From a bacterium (GTDB lineage: Bacteria > Zhuqueibacterota > Zhuqueibacteria > Oceanimicrobiales > Oceanimicrobiaceae), in NCBI GenBank assembly GCA_046758365.1, contig JBHIAC010000098.1:1-12169 (forward strand): a stretch of DNA of 12,169 bases, read 5' to 3'. Position numbers and translations under genes: made by a program. The notes under the pieces were generated by a model, which did not search any database, was not told the origin of the DNA, and worked only from the letters and a program-made list of their open reading frames with translations. Positions within the stretch are counted from its first letter, which is position 1; the number at the start of each line of letters is the position of its first letter. Below, in pieces: positions 1-7,720 of this stretch.

Positions 1-189
1 ACTATAAGGGGTATCTACGGTCGCGAGATGTATGAGACCTGGTACTTAATGCAGTCAATGATTCAGACAGGTCTTGACATAACCCCGGTTATCACACATA
101 AGTTTCATTTTACAGAATTCGAGAAGGCTTTTCATGTGATGCGTTCTGGCAATTCTGGTAAGGTTATCATGGATTGGGTCACCGATTGA
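1..189 (+). CDS. tdh: L-threonine 3-dehydrogenase, C-terminal fragment (gene starts upstream of the window)
   Basis: Not in the ORF track. Frame 1 translates as [62 protein letters not shown], with TGA at 187-189. This matches the Tdh C-terminus (GIYGREMFETW...PIITH...MRSG.SGKVI..W). It lies next to kbl, its pathway partner. Confidence 0.95.
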   Translation, partial: TIRGIYGREMYETWYLMQSMIQTGLDITPVITHKFHFTEFEKAFHVMRSGNSGKVIMDWVTD

Positions 190-317
190 CTTGGTGTAAA
201 AAGATACTGACCTAATGGTATGAAGTTGTGGAGATTAAAGCTGTTTTTCTTTAAGGTTGATAAAATTTTATTTTTGCACCAGCACTATTGTGGTTTTTAT
301 TTCTTTATTGAAAATTG

Positions 318-322
318 GGAGG
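318..322 (+). promoter_or_regulatory. Shine-Dalgarno site of kbl
   Basis: GGAGG 6 nt upstream of the ATG at 329. Confidence 0.8.
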
Positions 323-328
323 TAAAAA

Positions 329-1504
329 ATGGCTAACTTGTCTTTTATTGATGATGAACTTAATCTACTAAAACAACAAGGTTTATTCATCAACATTCGC
401 ACAATTGGCACCGCACAAGACGCCTGGATTGAAGTGGATGGTAAAAAAGTCCTGAACATGTGTGCTAACAATTATCTGGGATTTGCGAATCATCCTGAAT
501 TGAAAAAAGCTGCTCAAGACGCGATTGAACGGTATGGAGTTGGCCCGGCGGCAGTACGAACCATTGCCGGTACCATGACTTTACACAATGAACTGGAGGA
601 GAAGTTGGCCAAATTTAAAAAGGTGGAAGCGGCCATTTCATTCCAGTCTGGATTCAATTCAAATTTAGCTACCATACCAACTTTAATGGGCCCGGAGGAT
701 ATCATTTTTTCCGATGAGTTAAACCATGCCAGTATTATCGATGGCTGTCGATTGACCAAAGCCAAAGTAGTGCGATATAAACACTGCGATGCAGCCACTT
801 TGGAAGAAAAAATTAAGCTGGAAGTAGCGGTCAGAAGGAAATTGGTTGTCACCGATGGTGTGTTTAGCATGGATGGTGACATCGCTCCGTTGCCAGATAT
901 TGTTGAAGTAGCCGAAAAGCATGATGCCATGGTCATGGTGGACGATGCCCATGGAGAAGGGGTTTTAGGAGATGCCGGTCGTGGCATTTCAGACCATTTT
1001 GGCCTGCATGGAAAAGTGGACATTGAAGTAGGCACTCTTTCAAAAGCCTTTGGTGTGGTTGGAGGGTATGTGGCTGGCAAAAAGAGAATTGTTGAGTATC
1101 TGCGTCAGAGGGCGCGACCGTTCCTCTTTTCCAGTGCGGTAACTCCCGCGGATGTGGCAGCCTGTATTAAAGCTGTTGATATTTTAATGGAATCTGGGGA
1201 TTTAGTGGAAAAGCTCTGGGAGAATACTAAATATTTTAAAACTCAGCTAAAAAAATTAGGATTTGATTTAGGATTTAGTGAGACCCCCATTACCCCGGTT
1301 ATGATTGGTGATGCAAAAAAGGCCCAGGATTTCAGCCGTTCCCTCTTTGAAAATGAGATCTTTGCCATGGCTATTAGTTTCCCAACTGTTGCTAAAGGGC
1401 AAGACCGCATTCGTGTCATGAATTCCGCGACCCATTCAAAGGAAGATTTGGACTTTGCTGTAGGGGTGTTTACAAAAGCAGGAAAGGAGTTGGGGCTTAT
1501 TTAA
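329..1504 (+). CDS. kbl: Glycine C-acetyltransferase (2-amino-3-ketobutyrate CoA ligase), class II PLP-dependent alpha-oxoamine synthase family
   Basis: Motifs [52 protein letters not shown] (PLP Lys) and RPFLFS. Adjacency to tdh favours Kbl over BioF. Confidence 0.9.
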   Translation: MANLSFIDDELNLLKQQGLFINIRTIGTAQDAWIEVDGKKVLNMCANNYLGFANHPELKKAAQDAIERYGVGPAAVRTIAGTMTLHNELEEKLAKFKKVEAAISFQSGFNSNLATIPTLMGPEDIIFSDELNHASIIDGCRLTKAKVVRYKHCDAATLEEKIKLEVAVRRKLVVTDGVFSMDGDIAPLPDIVEVAEKHDAMVMVDDAHGEGVLGDAGRGISDHFGLHGKVDIEVGTLSKAFGVVGGYVAGKKRIVEYLRQRARPFLFSSAVTPADVAACIKAVDILMESGDLVEKLWENTKYFKTQLKKLGFDLGFSETPITPVMIGDAKKAQDFSRSLFENEIFAMAISFPTVAKGQDRIRVMNSATHSKEDLDFAVGVFTKAGKELGLI

Positions 1505-1505
1505 A

Positions 1506-1916
1506 ATGAAAACAATGATAAAACAAATTCAAGGAACAACATTTGCGGCTAAGGCTGATTCCAATCATTGGGTTATCATGGATGCCTCGCAAAAAGATGA
1601 TGGTGCTGAAGCGGGCAGCAGCCCCATGGAAATGGTCCTCATGGCTCTGGGCGGCTGTTCGGGCATTGACGTTTTACTCATGCTGAAAAAGATGCGAGCC
1701 AAGATCACCAATTTTCAAATCAACCTCGATTCGGAACGATCAGAGGAACATCCAAGAGTCTTTACAAAAGTACATTTGGAATATGTTTTTCGAGGAGAAA
1801 ATATTAAACCTACGGATGTTGAGCGGGCTATTCGGCTTTCCATAGACAAATATTGTTCAGTCGCAGGAATGGTTGGTAAGACAGCGGAAATTGAGACTTC
1901 GTATAAGATTACTTAG
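1506..1916 (+). CDS. OsmC/Ohr-family protein (YhfA-like)
   Basis: Motifs SPMEMVLMALGGCSGIDV, HPRVFTKVHLEY and AIRLSIDKYCSV, with both conserved Cys present. The start is 1 nt after the kbl stop (TAA-A-ATG). Confidence 0.9.
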   Translation: MKTMIKQIQGTTFAAKADSNHWVIMDASQKDDGAEAGSSPMEMVLMALGGCSGIDVLLMLKKMRAKITNFQINLDSERSEEHPRVFTKVHLEYVFRGENIKPTDVERAIRLSIDKYCSVAGMVGKTAEIETSYKIT

Positions 1917-1945
1917 CTTTAACGTGGTATATACGCCTGCCACTG

Positions 1946-1969
1946 CAAGCTAAAGCTTGAACACCGAAC
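1946..1969. repeat. Single REP-like palindromic element (tentative)
   Basis: Perfect hairpin CAAGC-TAAA-GCTTG (1946-1959) followed by AACACCGAAC, 30 nt after the osmC stop. It resembles REP-type elements with a CTAAAG core as I recall them. Only one copy is present in the window. Confidence 0.35.
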
Positions 1970-2081
1970 CTCCCACAGCAGGAAAAATCGCTCAATTTTA
2001 GGAATATATAATTAATTCCACAAAAATAAGATAGAGGATTCATAGACCCTGAAAGGTTGAAGGTTTTGTGTGCTTATGAAA

Positions 2082-2112
2082 TTGCCTTAGCATTATCATT
2101 GAACTAAGGTAA
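2082..2112. terminator. Hairpin between the convergent osmC and sulP genes, possible terminator
   Basis: TTGCCTTAG (2082-2090), 13-nt loop, CTAAGGTAA (2104-2112): a 9-bp stem with one G-U pair on the + strand, 14 nt beyond the sulP stop. The U-tract is weak. Confidence 0.35.
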
Positions 2113-2126
2113 ATTATTAAAAATTT

Positions 2127-4346
2127 CTACTCCGCCAACGTCCGAACTTCAATTGTCGTAAGCCTCAGTCTGTAAGACAGTTCCCTGGCCATGCCTAAAA
2201 GCATTTTAGAGGCAATTAATGGCTTATTAGTTACAAGATATTGGAAGTCATCCACAGACATGTAAAGAACTTCAGTATCGGTATCAGCCTGTACGGTAGC
2301 AGAACGAGGTTGATTTTCGAGGATGGCCATGTCACCAAAAAATACCCCTTCGCCAAAAGTTGCTAATCTTCTGTCTCTGCCGTTATCAGAAATACTGGTC
2401 AGAACACTAACCCCACCAGAGAGGATAAAGTAAATTTTGTCTCCTGGATCTCCTTCTCTAAAAACAATGTCCAAATTTCTGTAGTGCATAGGATGCACGT
2501 GTTTTCGCACAACTTCCAATTGATCTTCAGTCAAGTCTTTAAAAACACTCAAATGTTTCAAGGCCAGCTTTTGTTTTTGTATGCGGGCGGCTTCCAATTC
2601 TTGATTAATTAATTTGTCCTCTGCCCATTCTTGGGCATGGTCTGTGTCAGTAAAAATATATTCCGATCCAATGGCTTTAATAACGCCAACATCAAACATT
2701 AACTTTCTCATTCGTTCTTTGTCCTGGTCTCCTGGTATATCAAGATAGCTCATCAGCAAATAATTTCCTTTTTCATGAACTCGATCAACAATTTGTTTCA
2801 GAAGTTGGGCTCCTGTCAGATCAATAGTATGGACTCTTTTTAAATCGAGTATAATGCATAAACTGTCCAGTTCTTTTTCTATTTCTGAATGCAGTTTGTC
2901 ACAAGTTCCAAAGAATAGCGAGCCATTTAGTTCGTAAACCTTAATTAAATCCCCCTTTTCTTCCAAAATCTTCATAGCTTCTTGACTTCTAATTTTTTTG
3001 GAGTGGACAAAATTACCTGAGTACATTCTACGTACAATGGTTTTACCAATCTGCTCTTTAATAAACAGAAAGGCTGTAATGATTAAACCAATGAGGACAG
3101 CAATTATCAAATCAATGGCTACCGTGATAACGGTTACTGCTACAATGACTAATAGGTTTCCCAAAGCAGATTTTTTTAAGGATAGATTAATACTTTCGGA
3201 TTCAACCATAGATACTGCTGTGATAAGCAGGATTCCAGCCAGCACGGCCATAGGAATCCACTGTACTAAACTTCCCAATAATAGAACCACTAGCAAAACG
3301 GTAAGGCTGTTTACTACCCCACCTAATGGGGTGCGGGAACCGCCATTAACATTAACCATTGTGGCAAGCGTGGAGCCCGCCACCGGTAAACCGCCAAAAG
3401 CTGCTGAAGCAACATTACCAAAACCTTGACCAAACAGCTCTTTAGTACTGTTATGTTTGGATTTGGTTACCATATCGGTAACCACAGAAGTCAATAACGT
3501 GTCAATAGAAGCCAATACACTCAAAGTTAATGCTGGTATAATCAAACTACTTAACTTTTGCAATGGAATCTGACTACTCATGTTGAAAAAAGTCAAAACT
3601 TGCTTGGGAGTCGGAAAGGCGCTGGGAATTGGCCCAATAATTAGTGAATTCCCTCCAATTTGTAAAAGCGCAGGATTGAAAATTTTTCCAATGATGAAGT
3701 AGGTCAATACCCCGCACAGCAGTCCCACCAGAGAACTTGGGATGGCTTTGGTTAATCTTTTAGCTAACAGCATGGTGATGATGGTTACAGCCCCTACTAG
3801 AATGGTTTCATATTGAAATCCGGCCTTTCCCAAAAAAATTGAGGTTAAAGTTGTGTCTTTAGGGACCCCGAAAAGTGGTCTCAGTTGACCGAGGAAAATA
3901 ATAATGGCGATCCCATTCATAAATCCTGCAATGACTGGATATGGAATGAATTTTATTAACTTGCCTCCGCCAATGATCCCCATAATTAGTTGCAGAAGGC
4001 CTGCCATCAAGATGGTTAAGGAAACTAAAACTAAAATGACCGTTATCTGATTTTCACCTAAAGCAGTAATTTCTGGGTCCTTGAGAAGCGTTGCAATAAT
4101 TGAGGTTACCATGACGGACATGGGTGCCGTAGGTACAGAAATTTGTCCAGGTGTTCCCCCAAATAGGCTTGTTAAAATTCCAGCAACGATGACCCCATAA
4201 AGGCCTGTAAGCGCTCCCTGGGCAATGTATTCTTCTCCCAGTGGAGCAAACGCCACAACACCAAAGGCGATGGCTAATGGGAGGGTAATAACTGATGTAG
4301 TAATCCCCCCCATAATGTCGCCTTTAATATTTGAAATGATCTTCAT
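2127..4346 (-). CDS. SulP/SLC26-family anion transporter with STAS domain and C-terminal cyclic-nucleotide-binding domain
   Basis: SulP motifs GDIMGG...LPLAIAFG, GLYG, FGGTPGQIS, FIPYPVIAGFMNGIA, KELFGQGFGN and IPMAVLAGIL. STAS motifs LNGSLFFG and ILDLKRVHTIDLTG. cNMP motifs VFREGDPGDKIYFILSG and FFGDMAILENQPRSATV. SD AAGGAGA (4356-4362) is 9 nt before the ATG. Confidence 0.93.
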   Translation of the reverse strand: MKIISNIKGDIMGGITTSVITLPLAIAFGVVAFAPLGEEYIAQGALTGLYGVIVAGILTSLFGGTPGQISVPTAPMSVMVTSIIATLLKDPEITALGENQITVILVLVSLTILMAGLLQLIMGIIGGGKLIKFIPYPVIAGFMNGIAIIIFLGQLRPLFGVPKDTTLTSIFLGKAGFQYETILVGAVTIITMLLAKRLTKAIPSSLVGLLCGVLTYFIIGKIFNPALLQIGGNSLIIGPIPSAFPTPKQVLTFFNMSSQIPLQKLSSLIIPALTLSVLASIDTLLTSVVTDMVTKSKHNSTKELFGQGFGNVASAAFGGLPVAGSTLATMVNVNGGSRTPLGGVVNSLTVLLVVLLLGSLVQWIPMAVLAGILLITAVSMVESESINLSLKKSALGNLLVIVAVTVITVAIDLIIAVLIGLIITAFLFIKEQIGKTIVRRMYSGNFVHSKKIRSQEAMKILEEKGDLIKVYELNGSLFFGTCDKLHSEIEKELDSLCIILDLKRVHTIDLTGAQLLKQIVDRVHEKGNYLLMSYLDIPGDQDKERMRKLMFDVGVIKAIGSEYIFTDTDHAQEWAEDKLINQELEAARIQKQKLALKHLSVFKDLTEDQLEVVRKHVHPMHYRNLDIVFREGDPGDKIYFILSGGVSVLTSISDNGRDRRLATFGEGVFFGDMAILENQPRSATVQADTDTEVLYMSVDDFQYLVTNKPLIASKMLLGMARELSYRLRLTTIEVRTLAE

Positions 4347-4581
4347 TATTTATATTCTCCTTCAATAAATTAAAGATCTAAATTGACTTATATTTTGGAA
4401 TTTCTAATTGAAAGGATATTTGGCATAATTTACTAATGACGTTGGTGTTTTGCACCTACGTTATTAATAAATATAGCTACTTACCCTGAGAGGTGCAGAA
4501 AGAAATGTAATATTGTTGGTTAATTTTCTAAATGAGGGATGATATATTATGGGAGTAATAATACCAATGAATTTTGAAGTT

Positions 4582-6144
4582 TCAAATTTTAATAATAGCA
4601 GGCTTCCATTTTAATTTATTTTTTAGTTTACTGATTAAATGTTTCTCTTCTGATTTTGTGGCCCCTAAAAAATATATACTGGTGTAAAAAAGGGTCATCA
4701 GAACAAATACGGCTATGGTTTTTAGAAGGGAATCCACAATCAACAAATTATTTAGGAAAAAGAAAAAGCCCAAAGTCAATCCGGCTGTGACTAAAGGCCA
4801 AAGTAGAGAATAACTAAACGGATGGAATTGCAATAGTCGATAGCCATGAAATAGGCGTGCACCGCTTACAAACGCAAAGGCTGTCATTATCCCGAGGGAG
4901 GCCCCCACTAAACCTAATTTTGGAATAAGAATAATAGCCACCGCGCAATTAATAGCCAACATAAATCCAGCTAAAAGAGTGTTGAGCAGTGTTTTTCCCG
5001 TCATAATGAGTAGATTTTCTGCTGCACTGAAAGTACCAAACAATCCGTGTGCCAGAGTTAAAACAATCAGCGCTAAAGCGGCTTCGGAAGATTTTACTTT
5101 AAATAATAGTAATATTTGATTGGGGTACAACACCAGAGCCACAACGGGAAGCAAAGTACCAGCCATGAGCCAGCGTGTTACTAACACGTAATTACTTTGT
5201 AATCGTTCTTTTTGTCCGTTATAAAATAGTTCAGAAACAATAGGTGCGAAGATGGGCTCAAATCCTTGCCGAACTCTTTTAATTACTGAAACAATTTCTA
5301 CCACATATCCATATAAGCCTACAGAAGTGGAATTTAAAAATGCACCCACCAATATGATGTCGATTCGAGCTACCGAAAGATTTAAAAAGTCCATGGCAGC
5401 TATAGGTGAGGTGTATCGAATCGTTTCTCTTTTAATTTCTCCTGAAAGCGGTTGCCGGAACCATCCTAAATAGCGGTACTTGCGGAAAGCCACAAAAGCA
5501 GCGCTGCTTGCAGCCACAAAACTGGCAAAGATGTGCGCGGTGACCAGCCCCAAAGCACCTAAGTTTAAGGGAATCAAAAGCAATGTGCCAAGTAACAGAA
5601 TAAGCGGTTCTAAGCCATGTCGGATGAGGGCTTCATAACGCATAATTCGGAGCGCTTTGGTGGTAGCGATAAAAGCGTGTGTAAGAACCACAAAAGGAAG
5701 GGCAAAAGCCAATATTCTCATAGGAGCCGTCAAATTAGCATCTTTGAAAATTCGCTCTGCAATCAGAGGACTTATAATCACCATAACTCCGGTCACCAGC
5801 AAGCTGAGACAAAATGCGATACTAATAGTGAAGCGGATAATACCAAATAATTTAGCCTTGGTCTGATCGGATTTATCAACATTGTATCTGGCTATATCTC
5901 GAATTAGACTGCGGTCCATGCCCCAAAGTCCAAATTTGGAAGCAATGTCGATAATACTCCAAGCCAATAAATACAGCCCCCAGGCATTGGTACCATAAAA
6001 ATGAGCCGCAACCAATACAAAAAGCACTTTACTGATCTTGGCCAACATACCCAAGTAGTTAACCAAGGCACCGCGCATTAAATCTTTGGCGTCTTTATGG
6101 TTCGAATTATCTAAATTCTTTTTAGTATTTGCCTTACTATCCAT
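4582..6144 (-). CDS. Wzx/MOP-superfamily oligosaccharide flippase (polysaccharide biosynthesis protein)
   Basis: Hydrophobic multi-TM protein with flippase-like segments (YG...WGLY.LA.SI, GM...LIR.IA, RIDIILVGAFLNSTSVGLY, LLIMTGKT, LIPKLGLVGA). The ORF-track start at 6222 overlaps the upstream gene by 70 nt. The in-frame ATG at 6144 (MDSKAN...), 8 nt after the upstream stop, is the more likely start. Confidence 0.82.
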   Translation of the reverse strand: MDSKANTKKNLDNSNHKDAKDLMRGALVNYLGMLAKISKVLFVLVAAHFYGTNAWGLYLLAWSIIDIASKFGLWGMDRSLIRDIARYNVDKSDQTKAKLFGIIRFTISIAFCLSLLVTGVMVIISPLIAERIFKDANLTAPMRILAFALPFVVLTHAFIATTKALRIMRYEALIRHGLEPLILLLGTLLLIPLNLGALGLVTAHIFASFVAASSAAFVAFRKYRYLGWFRQPLSGEIKRETIRYTSPIAAMDFLNLSVARIDIILVGAFLNSTSVGLYGYVVEIVSVIKRVRQGFEPIFAPIVSELFYNGQKERLQSNYVLVTRWLMAGTLLPVVALVLYPNQILLLFKVKSSEAALALIVLTLAHGLFGTFSAAENLLIMTGKTLLNTLLAGFMLAINCAVAIILIPKLGLVGASLGIMTAFAFVSGARLFHGYRLLQFHPFSYSLLWPLVTAGLTLGFFFFLNNLLIVDSLLKTIAVFVLMTLFYTSIYFLGATKSEEKHLISKLKNKLKWKPAIIKI

Positions 6145-6152
6145 ATCATAAT

Positions 6153-7370
6153 TCAACTCGTGAAAACAGGCTTTTTGATTCTGGTCTTCCAGGTGACCCA
6201 AAATAAACGTAGGGTATGCCAAGAGGCCGTAGTCAGCATCCAGAGACTAATAGCATAAAAAGTTTCTTGAGCCAAGCCAAATATTATCCCAAGCATCAAG
6301 ACCCAGACGTTATTGTTCATACGGCTGCCTATTAAACGTGCTACCTTGTCTATCTCTTGGTAGTCGTAAATTTCGTATCCATGTAGTTTTTTAAATATTC
6401 CTGGTACAACGCGTTCTACAATATAGGCAATAAAAAGTATCATAGTAAATTGTGCAGCAGTTGAATTCAAATCACCATTTGAAAAATACCAGCCCAAAGC
6501 CAGATACCAGAGAGCATCGTACACAGTATTGCTGATGTGATCTAACAAATCACCGGCTTTGCTGAAATGTAATGTAAGGCGTGCAAGTTTACCGTCAATA
6601 CCGTCCAAAACACCACAGGCGGCAGCTATGAAAATTCCCCAATAAAGATGACCATTTGCGAACAGGAGAATGGTAATCCCTGCCAAAATTATCCAAAGCA
6701 AGGTAATTTGGTTTGGTGTTATTGGCGTACTGGTCAAAAACCGAGCGGCTCCAAATTCCAATGGAGGATGTATGTACTTCGCTACAAAATCATTAACACC
6801 CTTGTGGACAGTTTGACGTAGTAACTGGTCCGCTTCTTTGAGCTGCTTTGAACTTTCAATTAATAAGAGATAAGGATGAATTTCCCGTCTAAGATTTTCA
6901 ATATAAGGATCAAATTGGGTAAGATCTAGCTTTTGGATTTTTGAATCCTGAATCGCTTCTATGAATAAGTGGGTCAATTTTTTATTCCTGGAATTTATAA
7001 AAAGAGAGGTGTCATTAGCTGACAGTACGGCTGCGCCAGCTTTTAGGCTTCCAGTCGTTGAAATCACCGCACATGGGAAAGGAACTTCAACCAATTTCTT
7101 CAAAACTCTGCGGTCGTTTAGCGCATGTCCTTCCAGTACCAGAATGAGTTCTTTGCTTTCTTGCAAAGCTACTATTAATGATTCAAAAGGATCGACGTCG
7201 GTGGCGATGTTTAATTTAATTTTTAATTCTGATGGCCATGGTTGACAGAATTGGTCGCGTGGGTCAGATTCTGACGCAGTGGCCATGATAATTTCCTTGA
7301 TTCCCAGGATTTGCAATTCCTTGATGTTTCTTTCTAATAAGGTAAGACCCCACAAGCGTTGATTACTCAT
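6153..7370 (-). CDS. CDP-alcohol phosphatidyltransferase family protein with degenerate N-terminal nucleotidyltransferase-like domain (start possibly CTG at 7406)
   Basis: ITPNQIT followed by DGIDGKLAR...GDLLD, the CDP-alcohol phosphotransferase signature. The N-terminal LWGLTLLERNIKELQILGIKEIIMAT resembles the start of NTP-transferase domains. Confidence 0.88.
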   Translation of the reverse strand: MSNQRLWGLTLLERNIKELQILGIKEIIMATASESDPRDQFCQPWPSELKIKLNIATDVDPFESLIVALQESKELILVLEGHALNDRRVLKKLVEVPFPCAVISTTGSLKAGAAVLSANDTSLFINSRNKKLTHLFIEAIQDSKIQKLDLTQFDPYIENLRREIHPYLLLIESSKQLKEADQLLRQTVHKGVNDFVAKYIHPPLEFGAARFLTSTPITPNQITLLWIILAGITILLFANGHLYWGIFIAAACGVLDGIDGKLARLTLHFSKAGDLLDHISNTVYDALWYLALGWYFSNGDLNSTAAQFTMILFIAYIVERVVPGIFKKLHGYEIYDYQEIDKVARLIGSRMNNNVWVLMLGIIFGLAQETFYAISLWMLTTASWHTLRLFWVTWKTRIKKPVFTS

Positions 7371-7446
7371 CGGGTGTCTACCATCTATCCATGCTGTTCG
7401 TACCAGGTTATTAGTCTCCTATTAATGGAATTATTAAATTATCCTT

Positions 7447-7475
7447 TATATAAAAGAAATATTTTTAAAATGCAA
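7447..7475 (-). promoter_or_regulatory. Possible sigma-70 promoter for the phosphatidyltransferase-flippase unit
   Basis: The minus strand reads TTGCAT-N17-TATATA. The context is very AT-rich, so chance matches are likely. Confidence 0.3.
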
Positions 7476-7511
7476 CAAAAATTTAAAATTCTTTCTTAGT
7501 TTCACTTAACA

Positions 7512-7662
7512 GGTTCGAAGTCAGGGGTGGACTATTCATTCGGAAGCCTAAAGTGTAAGTAGGTCCCATAGGTCAATCGCAATCAAGGGATCATCGAAAG
7601 TAAAAGGGGTGTGGAGCCTACGGGCGTAGCTGGAAAGCCCTATTTTACATACTTCTTGAACT
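7512..7662 (+). ncRNA. Candidate structured non-coding RNA, family not recognised
   Basis: About 47% GC (hand count, 7511-7660) against about 14% in 7421-7500. It contains nested stems and adjacent C(UACG)G and GGAA tetraloop hairpins; see findings. Confidence 0.4.
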
Positions 7663-7720
7663 AAAAAACAATGAGTTACGTTTGGCGTTTTACTAAAATA
7701 AAGAGATTTCGGCCACGCCC

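Noticed and set aside
268..1080. Minus-strand ORFs 268-471, 514-1080 and 719-952
   Set aside because: They are antisense shadows of kbl with no recognisable motifs.
329..1504. BioF, or ALA synthase (the Shemin-pathway HemA), as the product
   Set aside because: These belong to the same enzyme family, but adjacency to tdh and the RPFLFS motif favour Kbl. No link to the heme-related module is supported.
4420..4435. TTGGCATAATTTACTA as a sigma-54 promoter
   Set aside because: There is no GC at the -12 position, and it points away from sulP.
6145..6222. 26-aa N-terminal extension of the flippase in the ORF track
   Set aside because: It overlaps the upstream CDS by 70 nt. The ATG at 6144, just after the upstream stop, is more parsimonious.
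7541..7553. GGAAGCCTAAAG and nearby GGTTC/TTGAAC suggesting 6S RNA
   Set aside because: The motif order and multi-branched fold do not fit the long 6S hairpin with a central bubble. It is left as an unassigned RNA candidate.
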